A DNA stretch of 62,978 bases, filler included, from Octopus bimaculoides (GCF_001194135.2; 4 parts of 4 records of this genome joined end to end with filler, not necessarily neighbours in it); one strand, 5' to 3'; shown: positions 1-12,304, numbered from the whole stretch's first letter. Notes: generated by a model from the letters alone, not told the origin. Numbers and translations: made by a program.

Positions 1-53
1 TATATATATGGTGGTTGTCTACTCCTTAAACAGAGTTTGACCACCTCCTGCAC

Positions 54-385
54 CTACACCTTAGCCCTTTCATGGCGTCTGATGTGGCTTTTTAAACCAG
101 ACAGTGTTTTGAAAAAACACCCACACAGATTGCACCTCTGATTTGCACTACCAATACCTGCAAGTAAGTTCTGCTCATTGTGGATCCTAACATGTCTTTT
201 AAGACCCCCATTGGATTTGCAAACCCTCTGGCACACACCACATTCAAACGTGTGCACAGACATATAATCAGAATAGCTGGGTGAGGTTTGTTTTCCATGG
301 GTTCGCAGGTGAGATTTGAGGCCAGCCAATACAGTGTGTCCTAACATTAAGGCAATCAAATGTTTTCAATTTTGTCAAAGCAAAA
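54..385 (-). pseudogene. Degenerate array of three C2H2 zinc fingers, probably the 3' end of a LINE ORF2 (RTE-like) or a ZNF gene remnant
   Basis: The minus-strand ORF contains FECGVCQRVCKSNGGLKRHVRIH and QRCNLCGCFFKTLSGLKSHIRRH. A frameshifted first finger (TFDCL../LAGLKSHLRTH) precedes them. The stop is followed by a short tail ending in (TA)n at the window edge. No H/C linker (TGEKP) is present. Confidence 0.55.
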
Positions 386-824
386 TATTGTTATATTTCA
401 GATGTGAGCATTGCAATCCAACGGTAAAAGAAACACAATTATGACATTGCCACATTTATTCGATATGACCACCTCTGTTTCGAATCACAGTCTTACGTCT
501 AGGGGTGAATGCTTCACATGCAGCATGTAACTGTCACAATATAGAAACATTTTTCATGGCACCAGCACACAATTTACAGATGCTTACATCTTTTGTTTTC
601 CAGTTAGTAATCATCATTATCAATAATATTAATATGCTAACTTTTTGTTTTTGTATGTACCTGTGGTGTGTGTCACACTTCAAAGAAGTGAGAGATGGAC
701 AGAGAGGATGTAAGAGAGAAAGAGGGAGAGTGAAAGAGAAAGAAAGAGTGAGAGATATTTTGTTTGGATTATATAGTCATTGGTGTTACATTATTTTCTA
801 TATTCTGGAACAGTCACAATATAC

Positions 825-953
825 TGAAACTTTTATGGGGACCAGTTGATTAGATCGATCCCAGTACACAACTGGTACTTAATTTATTGAGCTCCAAAGG
901 ACGAAAGGCAAAGTCGACTTTGGCAGAATTTGAACTCAGAATGTAAAGACAGA
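825..953 (-). mobile_element. Truncated tRNA-derived SINE (family B) with 14-bp target-site duplication
   Basis: CAGTCACAATATAC flanks the insert at 811-824 and 954-967. The B-box-like GAGTTCAAATTC lies on the minus strand, and the body matches copies at 38937-39377 and 47072-47280. Confidence 0.8.
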
Positions 954-1089
954 CAGTCACAATATACAAACATTTCTCATGGCACCAGTACACTGTTTAC
1001 AGATGCTTACACTTTTAATGTTTTCTGTGAATTTTTCACGGGCCCAGCTAATATATATAATTCTTCTAGTATATGTGTGTGTGTGTGTG

Positions 1090-1790
1090 TGTGTGTCCCA
1101 AAATTAAGGCAACCAAAGTTTCGGGCTTTAATAACTATCAATAAATGATATAAAAATTAAGCATCATTATAAAAGCTTAGTGTATCTGCTTTTTTGTTTC
1201 AGACTAAATTCAGATTTATAAATGAGATAGTGGCTATAGACTAAAATACAATCATAATCCTCCACAAAGGAGGCGAAAATAATACAACTATAGTGCAAAA
1301 GCTTTAGATTAACTGAACAATAGTCTGGAAAATTGATTGACCTGGATGTGGCCCAAAAAGAAGTGTGCGGGCCCCTCAGCTTATCAAAAGTACCAGAGAA
1401 AAGATGCAGTGGAATCTTCATTGTCCCATCAGAAAACTGGTTACTATAGCAAAAATAAGCTGAACATCAATGTATTGAGTACTGAAGGATGATCTCAGGA
1501 CCCATCCCTACAAGATGATCCTCTGTCATGTGCTCATGCAAGTTTGTAAGGCTATGAGACTGGAGAGAAGTCGTCTTATCCTGTATCAGATTGCTGAAGG
1601 CATGCTGCCCAACCTGGTGTTTACTGATGAGATGTAAACCACCAGAATGACTAACTTCAGAGTGCATCAGGCTCTGTTGAGGGTAGACTCATAAATCAAC
1701 ATCAAAATCCACAGTCAGTTATGGTTTGGGTGGCTGTGACAGCCATTGGAGGGTCTCCTCTTGTTTTTGCACACTTAGGTGTTAAAATTA
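1090..1790 (+). mobile_element. Tc1/mariner-superfamily (maT/DD37D-like) transposon remnant, copy 1
   Basis: Colinear with 9851-10955. Residual peptide MVWVAVTAIGGSPLVFAHLGVKI; many stops and deletions. Confidence 0.75.
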
Positions 1791-2119
1791 TATTAATATA
1801 TTTGTCTGCATGTGTTTCCTTTATGCATATTTCAGTATTATGTATACCTGTCGTGTTTGTGTGTGAAAAGGGGACATCTGTCTCCAAAACTTCAAAGTTG
1901 AGTAACGTTTTCGTGTTTGGATTTGTAAATTAAGATAAGAATAACACTGGTCAGCAAAGAATTTATCCCAAGAAAATGAATACCTGTATCTTATGTTTTT
2001 GCATACAGAATTCATAAATAATGCCAAGCTATCTGTATTAAGTTCATGTATTCCATTCATCAGATCTTTTCCCTTTGAACAGCACATCGAGAAATTAATT
2101 TTTTGTAACTAAACACTTT

Positions 2120-2287
2120 GAGTGGCTGTGTGGTAAGTAGCTTGCTTACCAACCACATGGTTCCGGGTTCAGTCCCACTGCATGGCACCTTGGGCAAGTG
2201 TCTTCTACTATTGCCTCAGGCCGACCAAAGCCTTGTGAGTGGATTTGGTAGACGGAAACTGAAAGAAGCCCGTCGTATATATGTGTG

Positions 2288-2320
<33 letters not shown>

Positions 2321-2515
2321 TTGTGTGTCTGTGTTTGTCCCCCCACCATCGCTTGACAACCGATGCTGGTGTGTTTATGTCCCCATAACGTAGTGGTTCA
2401 GCAAAAAGAGACCAATAGAATAAGTACTAGGCTTACAAAGAATAAGTCCTGGGATCGATTTTCTCGACTAAAGGCGGTGCTCCAGCATGGCGCAGTCAAA
2501 TGACCGAAACAAGTT
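2120..2515 (+). mobile_element. Full-length tRNA-derived SINE (family A) inserted in the left TIR of the foldback element
   Basis: A-box-like TGGCTGTGTGGTAAG, B-box-like GGTTCAGTCCC, central (TA)n(TG)n. ACTTT is repeated at both junctions. A reverse copy lies at 4296-4702. Confidence 0.85.
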
Positions 2516-2781
2516 AAGACTTTCAAACTCCGGACACTGGTAGTATGTGTCATATAAAACATCTTTTACTCTTAGTGCTGTTGAGAAAAGTTTATATTTT
2601 CAAAGTTATTTCATGTTAAAGTTGTATTTCGGTAATTTCAACCAATCAATGACGTGTATTCAGCTGAATAAAATTACTGCCGTTGTTTGTCAACAACAAC
2701 TATTCGCGGTGTATATTTTGTTTGTCACTGTTATTTATGACATCGTTCATGCGTTTGTACTGGTTTTAGCTTTGGGGACTC

Positions 2782-3010
2782 AGGGTTAGGGTTAGGGTTA
2801 GGGTTTTAGAGTCAGCGTTAGGGTTTTAGGGTTAGGGATAAGGTTTTAGGGTAGGGGTTAGGGTTTTAGGGTCAGGGTTATGGCTTTAGTGTTAGGGATA
2901 GGGTTTTAGAATTAAGGTTAGGGTTAGGGTTAGGGTTGGGGTTTTAGGGTTAGGGTTAAGGTTTTAGGGTTACAGTTAGGGTTAGGATTGGAATTTTAGG
3001 GTTAGCGTTA
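2782..3010 (+). repeat. Degenerate interstitial (TTAGGG)n / TTTTAGGG tract
   Basis: Runs such as AGGGTTAGGGTTAGGGTTAGGG are interspersed with TTTTAGGG and TTAGCG variants. Confidence 0.95.
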
Positions 3011-3897
3011 TGGAAAAATGTGAAAAATGAAGAAATTGGAGGGGGAGGGGACAAAAATGTCTTTCCGAAAATAGTAGCTGAAAAACAGGAAAAAAGCTAA
3101 AAGCAGTAGAAATGCACGAACGATTGTGGTGGTGCCATGAAGTAAACATGCTTCAGGTATACTCGTTTATTTATACAAACGTAACTGAGATGAAATATGT
3201 CATAAATAACAGTGACAAACAAAATATACACCGCCAGAAGTTGTTGTTGACAAACAACAGCAGTAATTATATTCAGCTGAATACACGTCACTGATTGGTT
3301 GAAATTACCAAAATACAACAACTTTAACATAAAATAACTTTGAAAATACAAACTTTTATCAACAGTACTAAGAGTAAAAGATATTTTATATGACACATAC
3401 TACCAGTGTCCAAAGTTTGAAAGTGTTTAGTTACAAAAAATTAATTTCTCGATGTGCTGTTCAAAGGGTAAAGATCCCCATTCACCTTCATAATGCCAAG
3501 AAACTTTATTAACATCGTAAACAACTTTTGCTATATATGAAAAATATGTAAAATATTAATCAAATGATGAAAAATATCTATAATAAAATTCTAATTGATA
3601 ACTATAAACTTTTATTAAAACGAAACACGCGGGTGAAGTAAATCTTGTAGTGTGAAGAATCAACACAGGCGGGTGAAACACAACACAATGTGCGGTTGTC
3701 ATAGTAACAAGTTGTTAATGCCTTGCTGTCGGTTGATTAGTTAAAATTACCCAAATTTCCCAACTTTAATTCCAAATAGCATCAGATTCTTTAATTTACG
3801 AGATTCAAAATTCACAGTTGCATTGATATACTAAAATTAAAAGTAATCGGAACAAAATTAAAGGGGGCTCATTTTGTGAATGAGAAAGACTAGAACC

Positions 3898-4150
3898 TGT
3901 GCGTGGCTCAGTGGTTAGGGGTATTCGGCCCACGATCATAAAGAGTCACGAGTATGATTCCCTGTGGCGGGCTGTGTTTTTTGAGCAAGGTACACCTTGC
4001 TGCAGTCCACTCAGCTGGCAAAAATGAGTTGTAGTTGTAAGTCAAAGGGGCCAGCCTTGTCACATTCTGTGTGAGGCTGGATCTCTTTGATAACTACCTT
4101 ATGGTATGCATGTCTGTGGAGTACTCAGCTACTTGCGAGTTAATTTTATC
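3898..4150 (+). mobile_element. tRNA-derived SINE (family C), degraded
   Basis: The head GTGGCTCAGTGGTTAGGG and the body AAAGGGGCCAGCCTTGTCACATTCTGTGTG match the reverse copy at 44998-45366. Confidence 0.75.
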
Positions 4151-4295
4151 CTCATGTGGTAATGAAAAGTGAAAGTGACATCCAATATTTGCTGTGTTTA
4201 TGGATCTATGTATTTATTGTCTCTCTCACTTCCTCTGTGTTCCTCCTCTCTCCTGCTTTTAATTTAACAATGTGTGTACTCTTTTAATCTTTTAC

Positions 4296-4495
4296 CTGTT
4301 TCAGTCATTTAACTGTGGCCATGCTTGAGCACCGCCTTTAGTCGAGCAAATCGACCCCAGGACTTATTCTTTGTAAGCCTAGTACTTATTCTATCAGTGT
4401 CTTTTGCTGAACTGCTAAGTTACAGGGACATAAGCACACCAGCATCGGTTGTCAAGCGATGTTGGGGGGACAAACACAGACACACAAACATATAC

Positions 4496-4535
<40 letters not shown>

Positions 4536-4702
4536 ATATATGATGGGCTTCTTTCAGTTTCCATCTACCAAATCCACTCACAAGGCTTTGGTTGGCCCGA
4601 GGCTATAGTAGAAGACACTTACGCAAGGTGCCATGCAGTGGGACTGAACCCAGAACCATGTGGTTCGTAAGCAAGCTACTTACCACATAGCCACTCCTAC
4701 GC
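4296..4702 (-). mobile_element. Full-length SINE family A
   Basis: Reverse complement of 2120-2515, including the central TA microsatellite. Confidence 0.85.
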
Positions 4703-5313
4703 CTAGTGTATGTATCTATGTATCAACTTTACTTCCGATCTATGTATCTACTTTTCTTGCAATGTGATAAACATTTAAAAACACAAAATGAACACCATCA
4801 CCAATCACTGTCTCTTTCACTCTCATTTGTCTCTCACTCTCTTCCTCTCTCACTCTCTCACTCTGTCTCTTTCTCTCTTACTTCCTCTCTGAAACATTTA
4901 AAAACGCAAAACGAACCCGTCGCCACTCTCTTTCTCTATCACTCTCTCTCTCTTTCTCTATCACTCTCTCTCTTTCTCTCTCACTCTCTCTTTTTCTCTC
5001 TCACTCTCCCTTTTTCTCTCTCACTCTCTCTCTCCCTTTCTCTCTCTCACTCTCTCTCTCTCTCTCTTTTTCTCTCACTCTCTCTCTCTTTCTCTCCCAC
5101 TCTCTCTTTCTCTCTCACTCTCTCTTTCTCTGTTACTTCCTCTCTGTCCTCCTCTCGCTCGCTTCTTTGAAGTGTGACACACCACAGGTACTGATAAAAG
5201 CATACAAAACTAAGCGTATTAATATTATTAACATTCTAATAGTGAATGTATATGTTAGTATGGTAAAACATTCTGTGAAATACATTTTATTTTTTATATC
5301 TTAACATTTTCAG

Positions 5314-5448
5314 GAAACACTCTAATTGAGCATTTGAATCAAAAAATCCATCAGTATACAACAAAGACCTCCATGCTAGGTTTATTCTACAACAAACCAA
5401 ATATATTCAGTTCTGGTTTCATTCTCACTTACAAAGCTATTCCTAAAG
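5314..5448 (+). CDS. CUB-like domain protein, exon A (C-terminal third of CUB-1; phase 1-1)
   Basis: ttttcag| acceptor and |gtaact donor. Encodes GNTLIEHLNQKIHQYTTKTSMLGLFYNKPNIFSSGFILTYKAIPK, ending in the CUB-type GFxxxY motif. Confidence 0.75.
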
Positions 5449-5989
5449 GTAACTTGTTTTCTTTCTGACCGTTCTACTCTAAAAATATTTAGTAATTTTT
5501 CTTATATACAGCAAGAAATAAGCCACCCATGATGATTTCATGTCTTCAAAAGTTGGTGAGATTGTTGTTGATAGTCATCTTAAACTTCTGCAGGTTGATG
5601 ATATTAAAACATGTACAAGGGAGGTGGGGCAAAATAGAGTTGGGAGGAGGGGGAGGTGATGGGGGTAAGGATGATGAGAAAGATTAGCAGGTGCAACTGA
5701 TAATCTTGAGCATAAATACCAGGCTTAAAAAAAAAAACAAGTACTGGAGTTAGTTCATTCAACTAAAATTCTTCAAGGCAGTGCCCCAGCATGCTCACTA
5801 TCTAATGATTGAAACAAGTAAAAGAAAAGATAATATATACAGATAGAGAGGAAATACATGTATATGTGTATATCATCAACATAGTTTCATTAGCTACAGT
5901 ATAATTTTTAAATGACTTTCATTAAACAAAGACTATTAAGATATAAGTATTTTGTTGTTACAGGATTGATATTCTCAATTTATTTCTAG

Positions 5990-6080
5990 CAAAGGAAACC
6001 TGTCCAGAAAATAAAGTATACAAATATCCTGGAATTAAGGATCAGTTTATGATATCAACAGCTAGTGGAACTGATTACAA
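5990..6080 (+). CDS. CUB-like domain protein, exon B (N-terminus of CUB-2; phase 1-2)
   Basis: ttatttctag| acceptor and |gtaagt donor. Encodes (A)KETCPENKVYKYPGIKDQFMISTASGTDY(N). Confidence 0.75.
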
Positions 6081-7148
6081 GTAAGTAAACAATTTGTACT
6101 TTAGTCACTTTTCCTTTCATTCTAATTTTCTCAATGATTTGCATCCATTTCTTCATGCTACAATAGACAGAATAGTTTCTTAACGCAAAGAAAGTACTTT
6201 GCTTTACTCTACTTGCAAATGATATAAAGCACAGCATGAATCAAGCAAAGAAGTCACTCAAACTGCCTGAAATCACGCACTATTACCAGAGTAAAGAATA
6301 CAATAGATAACTTAGTTCTAGATTCCTTTAAAAGGCTGGATAATCATGACTGGAATACCCATGATCATGGGTCTGTTCCATCATGAGTCTGTTCTGTCAG
6401 AGATTAACAGAAAGAACAATCACAACAGAACTAGATAACATCATTCTGGAAAATCAAACAGAGATACAGGCATCTTGTGCTGGTCTTGATATCAAAACTT
6501 GATTGAGGTAAATAATTCTATTGCAATTTAATTTCCTCGGTCCTTAGCCAATTTTGTGAGATAATGAGTATAACTGATTATTATAATATGCAAATTTGAC
6601 TGATTGCAGTTAATCATCTGGAAACGATGGACTTTAGCACATTTACTTACTTGTTTAGAGATTATTTATTTAGAATTGTTTAAAGGGTTTTAACCTTTAA
6701 ACAATACTATTTTTCTACAAAATTAAATGCACAACCTTTTATAATTTTGCAACTTATTCAGCAAGTACAGGACGGTGAAGGTCATCAAAAGAAATCAGAA
6801 TAATATTCAAACTTATCTGAAGTTATCTTTCATACCTCATGGGAAACTGAAAAGATGAGTCATCGATTAATGATATATTTTTTTACCACATTTTTTTCTA
6901 CTTGAATTTAGTGTTAATATATTTAATGCATGGATCATTAAAAAGCTAAGTTTCAAGATATAAGATAAAAATTTTCATCTCTGCCAAAATATGCAATAAA
7001 GATCACAGCACATTTTCATAGGTGATTAAACATATTTTATATTGATTTGGAAGGAAATATATGAAAGTCATAGCAATTGGATTTCAATTCAGGATACTTT
7101 AAGCACCAAACTTGATACTGCTGGGGCAGTATCGAGTTTTTCATCAGT

Positions 7149-7203
<55 letters not shown>

Positions 7204-8460
7204 TACACACAGAGGTTTCTGCATAATTTCCATCTAATGTTATTGCTGTTATAGTTTCACTCCAGTTTTATTCTGATTGAGCAGAACCTTAATGAAATTT
7301 TTTCCATCATGATCATACTATCTTTTTTATGACTATACTATTCAGTGTGTCCTTCCTTTTTTGTAAGGTGATAATGTTTGATTTGAGGGCAATTTAGCGA
7401 CTGTCACTATCAGGTTGAATAATTGCACAAAGCTCTTGCATGAGTTTGTAAGATTTCAATTGATTTGTAACTATCTTTCTATGCTTTGTGTAGCACATTC
7501 CTCAATTATATTGTCTAACTTGGAAACAGGAGCCAGTGGTCTATGTTGATGTTCAGCCATAGATTGACTTTGATTGATTAGATCAATGCATTCCACCAGT
7601 GTCCATCCTGTCTTCTCTTTCAGACAGAATGTATGAAGGACTACATCATCCTTTGTATGTGTTCCTTTTTTTAAGAATGTAAGACGTCATTTAAGGAAGT
7701 TTTGGCTGCTACTTCTAGTATGCTGGGTGTCCTTAATATGTGTTCTTAATAAATTATAATGTTGGGTGTCCTAGAATATATGTCCTTAATAAACCATAAA
7801 TTAAACCATAGATTCATCTCTTGAATCCAAATATCTTATAAGACTGTTCTTTATCATTTATTTAATAAAACAAAATGATATTGAAGGTGACTTTCTAGCT
7901 TCTATATCCTTTGCACAGAATATATTATAGTCATAGCTCCCTCCTATACAGAATATCTCATATTCATGGCTTTCTAAATTATCCCCTGTATTAGACTATT
8001 GGTTGGAGGGTTAATAGTTCATTTCTATTTACCTATGTTACACATTGTACAAGGCTGAGACATAACTGTTTCTAGTCTAGTCCATTTTTGTATGAATAAT
8101 TACTGAGTAAAAGTGCAGCTTACCATTGTGAAAAATTTTCATTGACTTGAGTTGCTAAACTGAAATCATTGAGTATATTTTGGAGACATCAATAGAGTTA
8201 ATCATCCACTGATAGCTGAATGTTTTGAAAATATCAAGCTGTCTAGAAAATGTAAAGCTGTATAAGAAAAATGCTAAGCAATTAGATTTATTTAAAATTT
8301 TCTTTAACTGAGGAATATTGATTTCCTTTAGTTAACAACATGACTAAACTCTGTAAGAGGTGGACTATTGTCAACTAAATCAGCCTAAATATATTACTGA
8401 TAGTTTGTCAATTGTTAGTCAATTCTAAGAATAAAAATCAATGTGAACTTCATCATTGTA

Positions 8461-9449
8461 TATGGTGCATTCCAGAAGGTTTGAGAATCTTTTAGGAGAG
8501 GCAGTCATAACTGTCCTACATTATTGTAATTTTAGTGTATCATTACTATTCATCAAATAAACTGAACTGCCAACTTTTTTTATACAAGATTGAAGGAGAT
8601 GGCTGTAAGAACACTTTGAACACACCCTACTAAACATTGCTTATCACAGCTAACTAGCTTGCAGAATGCAGTCAGGCTGAGAATACAATTTAGAACCTTG
8701 TTATGCAATAAAGTTTTGTGATAAACTGGGCAAAAATGCTACTGAAACTTATGAAATGCTCCAGACTGCTTATGGATTAACTTATATGAGCTGAGCATCT
8801 GTGTTTCACTTGTATAAGTAGTTCAAGGATGGTATAGAGGAGGTCAGAGAAGATGAAAGATGTGGGAAGGAGAGGGATGCCAGAATATCAGAGTTGGATA
8901 AGAAAATTCACAACTCTCTGGATGATGATCACCATGTATAAAAAGCATAGTTTGATGTTGATGTGGCAATTGTACATGAAGAATTATTCATGAAGATCTA
9001 AACATGAACAAAATTTGTGCAAAGTTTGTTCCCAGGATGTTCAGTGACAAACAGAGGGAAAGGCGCATTGGTGACAACAAAGAGATGATTGACCTTATTA
9101 CCTCCAATTTTAGAATACTTGCATCTTTGATAACAAAAGCTGGATCTATTATTACTATTCTGGTGATCAAGTACTTGTTAAAGATAGGCATCAAAACTCT
9201 ACAGTCCAGACTTTGCTTCCTGTGACTTTTGATTACTCCCCAAGCTAAAGGAGAACCTCAGGCAGTCATTTTGAAGACGATGAAGGGGGTTATGACATTT
9301 TAGAGGTCTTCCATGGCACCTTCATGAAGTAGTTAGAGTGCTACAGGTGCATTGAAGTCAAGGGATCTTACTTTGAAGAAGATTAAAGTTTTGCACTTTG
9401 AAATAAATCTCTCTCCTGAAAAAGTCTCAACTTCTGTAATACACCTTGT
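8461..9449 (+). mobile_element. Internally deleted mariner element
   Basis: Degenerate TIRs (TATGGTGCATTCCAGAAGGTTTGAGA.. / ..TCTCAACTTCTGTAATACACCTTGT). The N-terminal HTH peptide YAIKFCDKLGKNATETYEMLQTAYG is at ~8702-8776. Confidence 0.8.
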
Positions 9450-9498
9450 TTAATTGAGTGTAAAAATATTACATAACTGAATGTCATTAATATTTCAG

Positions 9499-9623
9499 CT
9501 TACCAGATTATTGCCACTTCACACTTCACACAGATGAATCTTCCTACATTGAATTAAATTTACAGCAACTTGATATTAACAACTCATGTCTGCCAAGTTA
9601 TCTTGACATGTCGATAAATAATT
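9499..9623 (+). CDS. CUB-like domain protein, exon C (middle of CUB-2; phase 2-1)
   Basis: tatttcag| acceptor and |gtaagt donor. Encodes LPDYCHFTLHTDESSYIELNLQQLDINNSCLPSYLDMSINN, which fits the CUB pattern C-x-[FW]-x-[IL]..I-x-L-x-[FL]..C..xYL. Confidence 0.85.
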
Positions 9624-9850
9624 GTAAGTTCTTACTGTATCTTTTATCTTTTATTTGTTTCAGTTATTTGACTATGGCCATGCTGAAGCACTGCCTTGAA
9701 AAATTTTAGTTGCACAAATCTACCCCAGGACATAAAGCCTAGTACTTATTCTATTGGTCTCTTTTGCCAAACCAATAAGTTATGGAGACTAGTTGTCAAG
9801 TAGTGGGAGAGACAAGCAGAGATGCAAAGGCACACACACATAGATATATA

Positions 9851-10955
9851 CAGGGTGTCCTGAAATTAAGGCAGCCAAAGCTTTGGACTTTACTAACTGT
9901 TAATAAATGTGATAAAATATGAAAATTATACATCATTATAAAACTTTAGTGTGCCTGCTTTTTGTTTCAGACTATATAAATTCAGATTTATAAATTAGCT
10001 AATGGCTATAGACCAAAATACAATCACAACCCTCCACAAAGGAGGTGAAAATAATATAGCTTAAAATTAACTGAACAATAGTCTGGAAAATTGTCAAGAA
10101 ATTTCAAGAGACTGGTTCCACCACTGATCAACCTGGACATAGTCGAAAAGGAAGTGTGAAGACCCCTCAGCTTATCAAAAGTACCAGAGAAAAGATATGG
10201 TGAAATCCTCATCATTCTCTCAGAAAACTGGCTGCCACAGCAAAAATAAGCTGAACATCAATGTATTGAGTACTGAAGGACAATCTCAGAACCCACCCCT
10301 ACAAGATGATCTACCATCACGTGCTCACACAAGTTTATAAGGCCATGAGACTGAAGAGAAGTCGTCTTATCCTGCATCAGATAGCTGAAGGCATGCTGCC
10401 CAACTTAGTATTCACTGATGAAAAGAAATTGGACATCAAACAGACAATAAATCACTAGAATGACCAACTTTGGAGTGTATCTTGCTCTGTTGAGTGTAGA
10501 CTCGTAAATCAACGTCCAAATTCAGTCTGTTATGGTTTGGGCAACTGTGACAACCATTGGAAGGTCTCCTCTTGTTTTTGTGCCCTCAGATGTTAACATT
10601 AAAACCCAGCAATACATAAGTGACATCTTGGAAGCTGAACTGCTTCCATGGGTGAATGAACACTTTCACGGTGCACCTTGAAGCCACCAACAAGACTTAG
10701 CACCATCCTACAGCTCCAAACAGACACAACACTGGATTCAGAAAAACATTCCATCGCTCATAGGCAAGGATGTATGGCTCTTAAGAAGTCCCAATCTCAA
10801 CTTGTTGGATTTTTCTGTTTGGCTCATTTTGGAGATGAGGGTCTTGAGCACTTCTCCTGCTTTGCTCAACACTTTGAAAGCAAAACTGCTCCTGGAATGG
10901 GCTTTGATTTCACAAGAACAACTGTGTGTTGCATGTGAAGCTTTCACACCGTTTC
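9851..10955 (+). mobile_element. maT/DD37D-like Tc1/mariner transposon, copy 2 (3'-truncated)
   Basis: TA|CAGGGTGTCC terminus. Catalytic-domain remnants VMVWATVTTIGRSPLVFVP..QYISDILEAELLPWVNEHF and SPNLNLLDFSVWLILEMRV, with stops and frameshifts. Confidence 0.8.
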
Positions 10956-12127
10956 TGCCAAGAGGCCATAATATTCTCCATGCAAGCTCCATCTCTTCAG
11001 TGTTCTGTAGGGATGGGTAGATAGTGTTTGGATGTTGAGTGTGCCTCTAGGCTTCATCAGAGGGTCTAAATCGTTAGGAGAGTCGACACATACAAGAGTC
11101 AGTTACTAATAGGTACAGTATATTTTTCTTATTGAAGAGGACATAAGAAGAATAGGAGCAAGACTTAGGGTGTGAGAGGAGTAAAATTTAGTAAAATGGA
11201 TTAGTTATAAGAAAGCGAAAGTATTGCCTTCCATGATTCATGTTATTTTGTCCAGTGGTGGATAGGTAGGTATATTCGTTCTAAGGATGAGTTTTTTAGG
11301 AAGGGTAAATTCAGGCAGTGGTTCTTATTTTGTTTACTTATAAATACACATTATGCTTGTGTTTACAGTGGTGGGTTTGAAAGTATGGTCCATGTTTCAG
11401 AGGTGGAAGTTTATATGTAGGATGCTAGTTGGTACTAAAGAGAGTATGGCACCAGGTGATGAACAAAGTACTGTGTTCGTGTTCATTATTTTTTCAGTCA
11501 ACAAGTCTCTGAATCCTTGTGTGCAGTGGTTGTAGTCAGTCCTGCAACCTAATTGGTCAGCTATTTTTTTGACAACTTTGATGTGGTTCTAGTTCGTTGA
11601 TAGTTAACAGATAACACAAAAACAAATCAGATAAATAAATAAGTAAATAAATAAATAAAAAAATAAATGGATAAAAAAACCGTGGCCACTATGGGCAAGT
11701 AGGAGAGCAAAATAACATTCAAACTAGATTAAACTGAATTAAATTAAATTAAATTTAGACAAGTAAATAAATAAATAAATGAGTATATGAGTGAGTACAA
11801 TAACCAAAGCAATATGACTAAGAGGATATGATTTTAAGGGACAGCATAAGAAAAAAATAAATTATTTCAACCGTATAGAAATAAAAATAAAAATGTATAT
11901 CTATCTATCAGGGGAATCAGGAACTGGACAGAGGATTCATTTTTGTCAGAAGGTGTAATAAGGAGGATTTTCTGGTAAGGGACAACAAATGGAATGGACC
12001 AGATCGGTTGCTTGTTTTTTCTAATTATTTTAATGTATATCTTTTTATCTTTCCCTTCCAATACTCTATAGAAAATCTTCTTTCTGTACTTTTTGTTCAC
12101 ACTCTAACAGACATACATTTTATCCTG

Positions 12128-12304
12128 TGATTTACGAGTCTACACTCAACAGAGCAAGATACACTCCAAAGTTGGTCATTCTAGTGGTTTACTGTCTGTT
12201 TGATGTCCAATTTCATTTCTTTTCATACTAAGTTGGGCAGCATGCCTTCAGCTATCTGATGCAGGATAAGACGACTTCTCTTCAGTCTCATGGCCTTATA
12301 AACT
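12128..12304 (-). repeat. Inverted near-identical duplicate of 10332-10511
   Basis: The reverse complement matches copy 2 almost base for base, including the CACTAG variant (copy 1 has CACCAG). Confidence 0.9.

Larger units (their letters stand above)
2062..3477. mobile_element. Non-autonomous Mutator-like (MULE/foldback) element with ~280-bp TIRs and an internal telomeric-repeat tract
   Basis: Left arm 2063-2119 plus 2516-2742 is the reverse complement of 3195-3476. Flanking 9-mers are CCATTCATC (2053-2061) and CCATTCACC (3478-3486), an 8/9 match. The left arm is split by a SINE. Confidence 0.8.

Noticed and set aside
2782-3010. True chromosome end or fusion site
   Set aside because: The tract is short, degenerate, single-orientation and enclosed by TIRs with a TSD, so it is better explained as element cargo.
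5512-5555. Possible micro-exon (ARNKPPMMISCLQKL) between exons A and B
   Set aside because: Its phase 1-0 would break the A-B frame, and A splices to B cleanly without it.
6762-6858. Possible alternative phase-2 exon KYRTVKVIKRNQNN..
   Set aside because: There is no GT donor (ATGAGT), it runs into a stop, and it lacks the CUB cysteine. Exon C fits far better.
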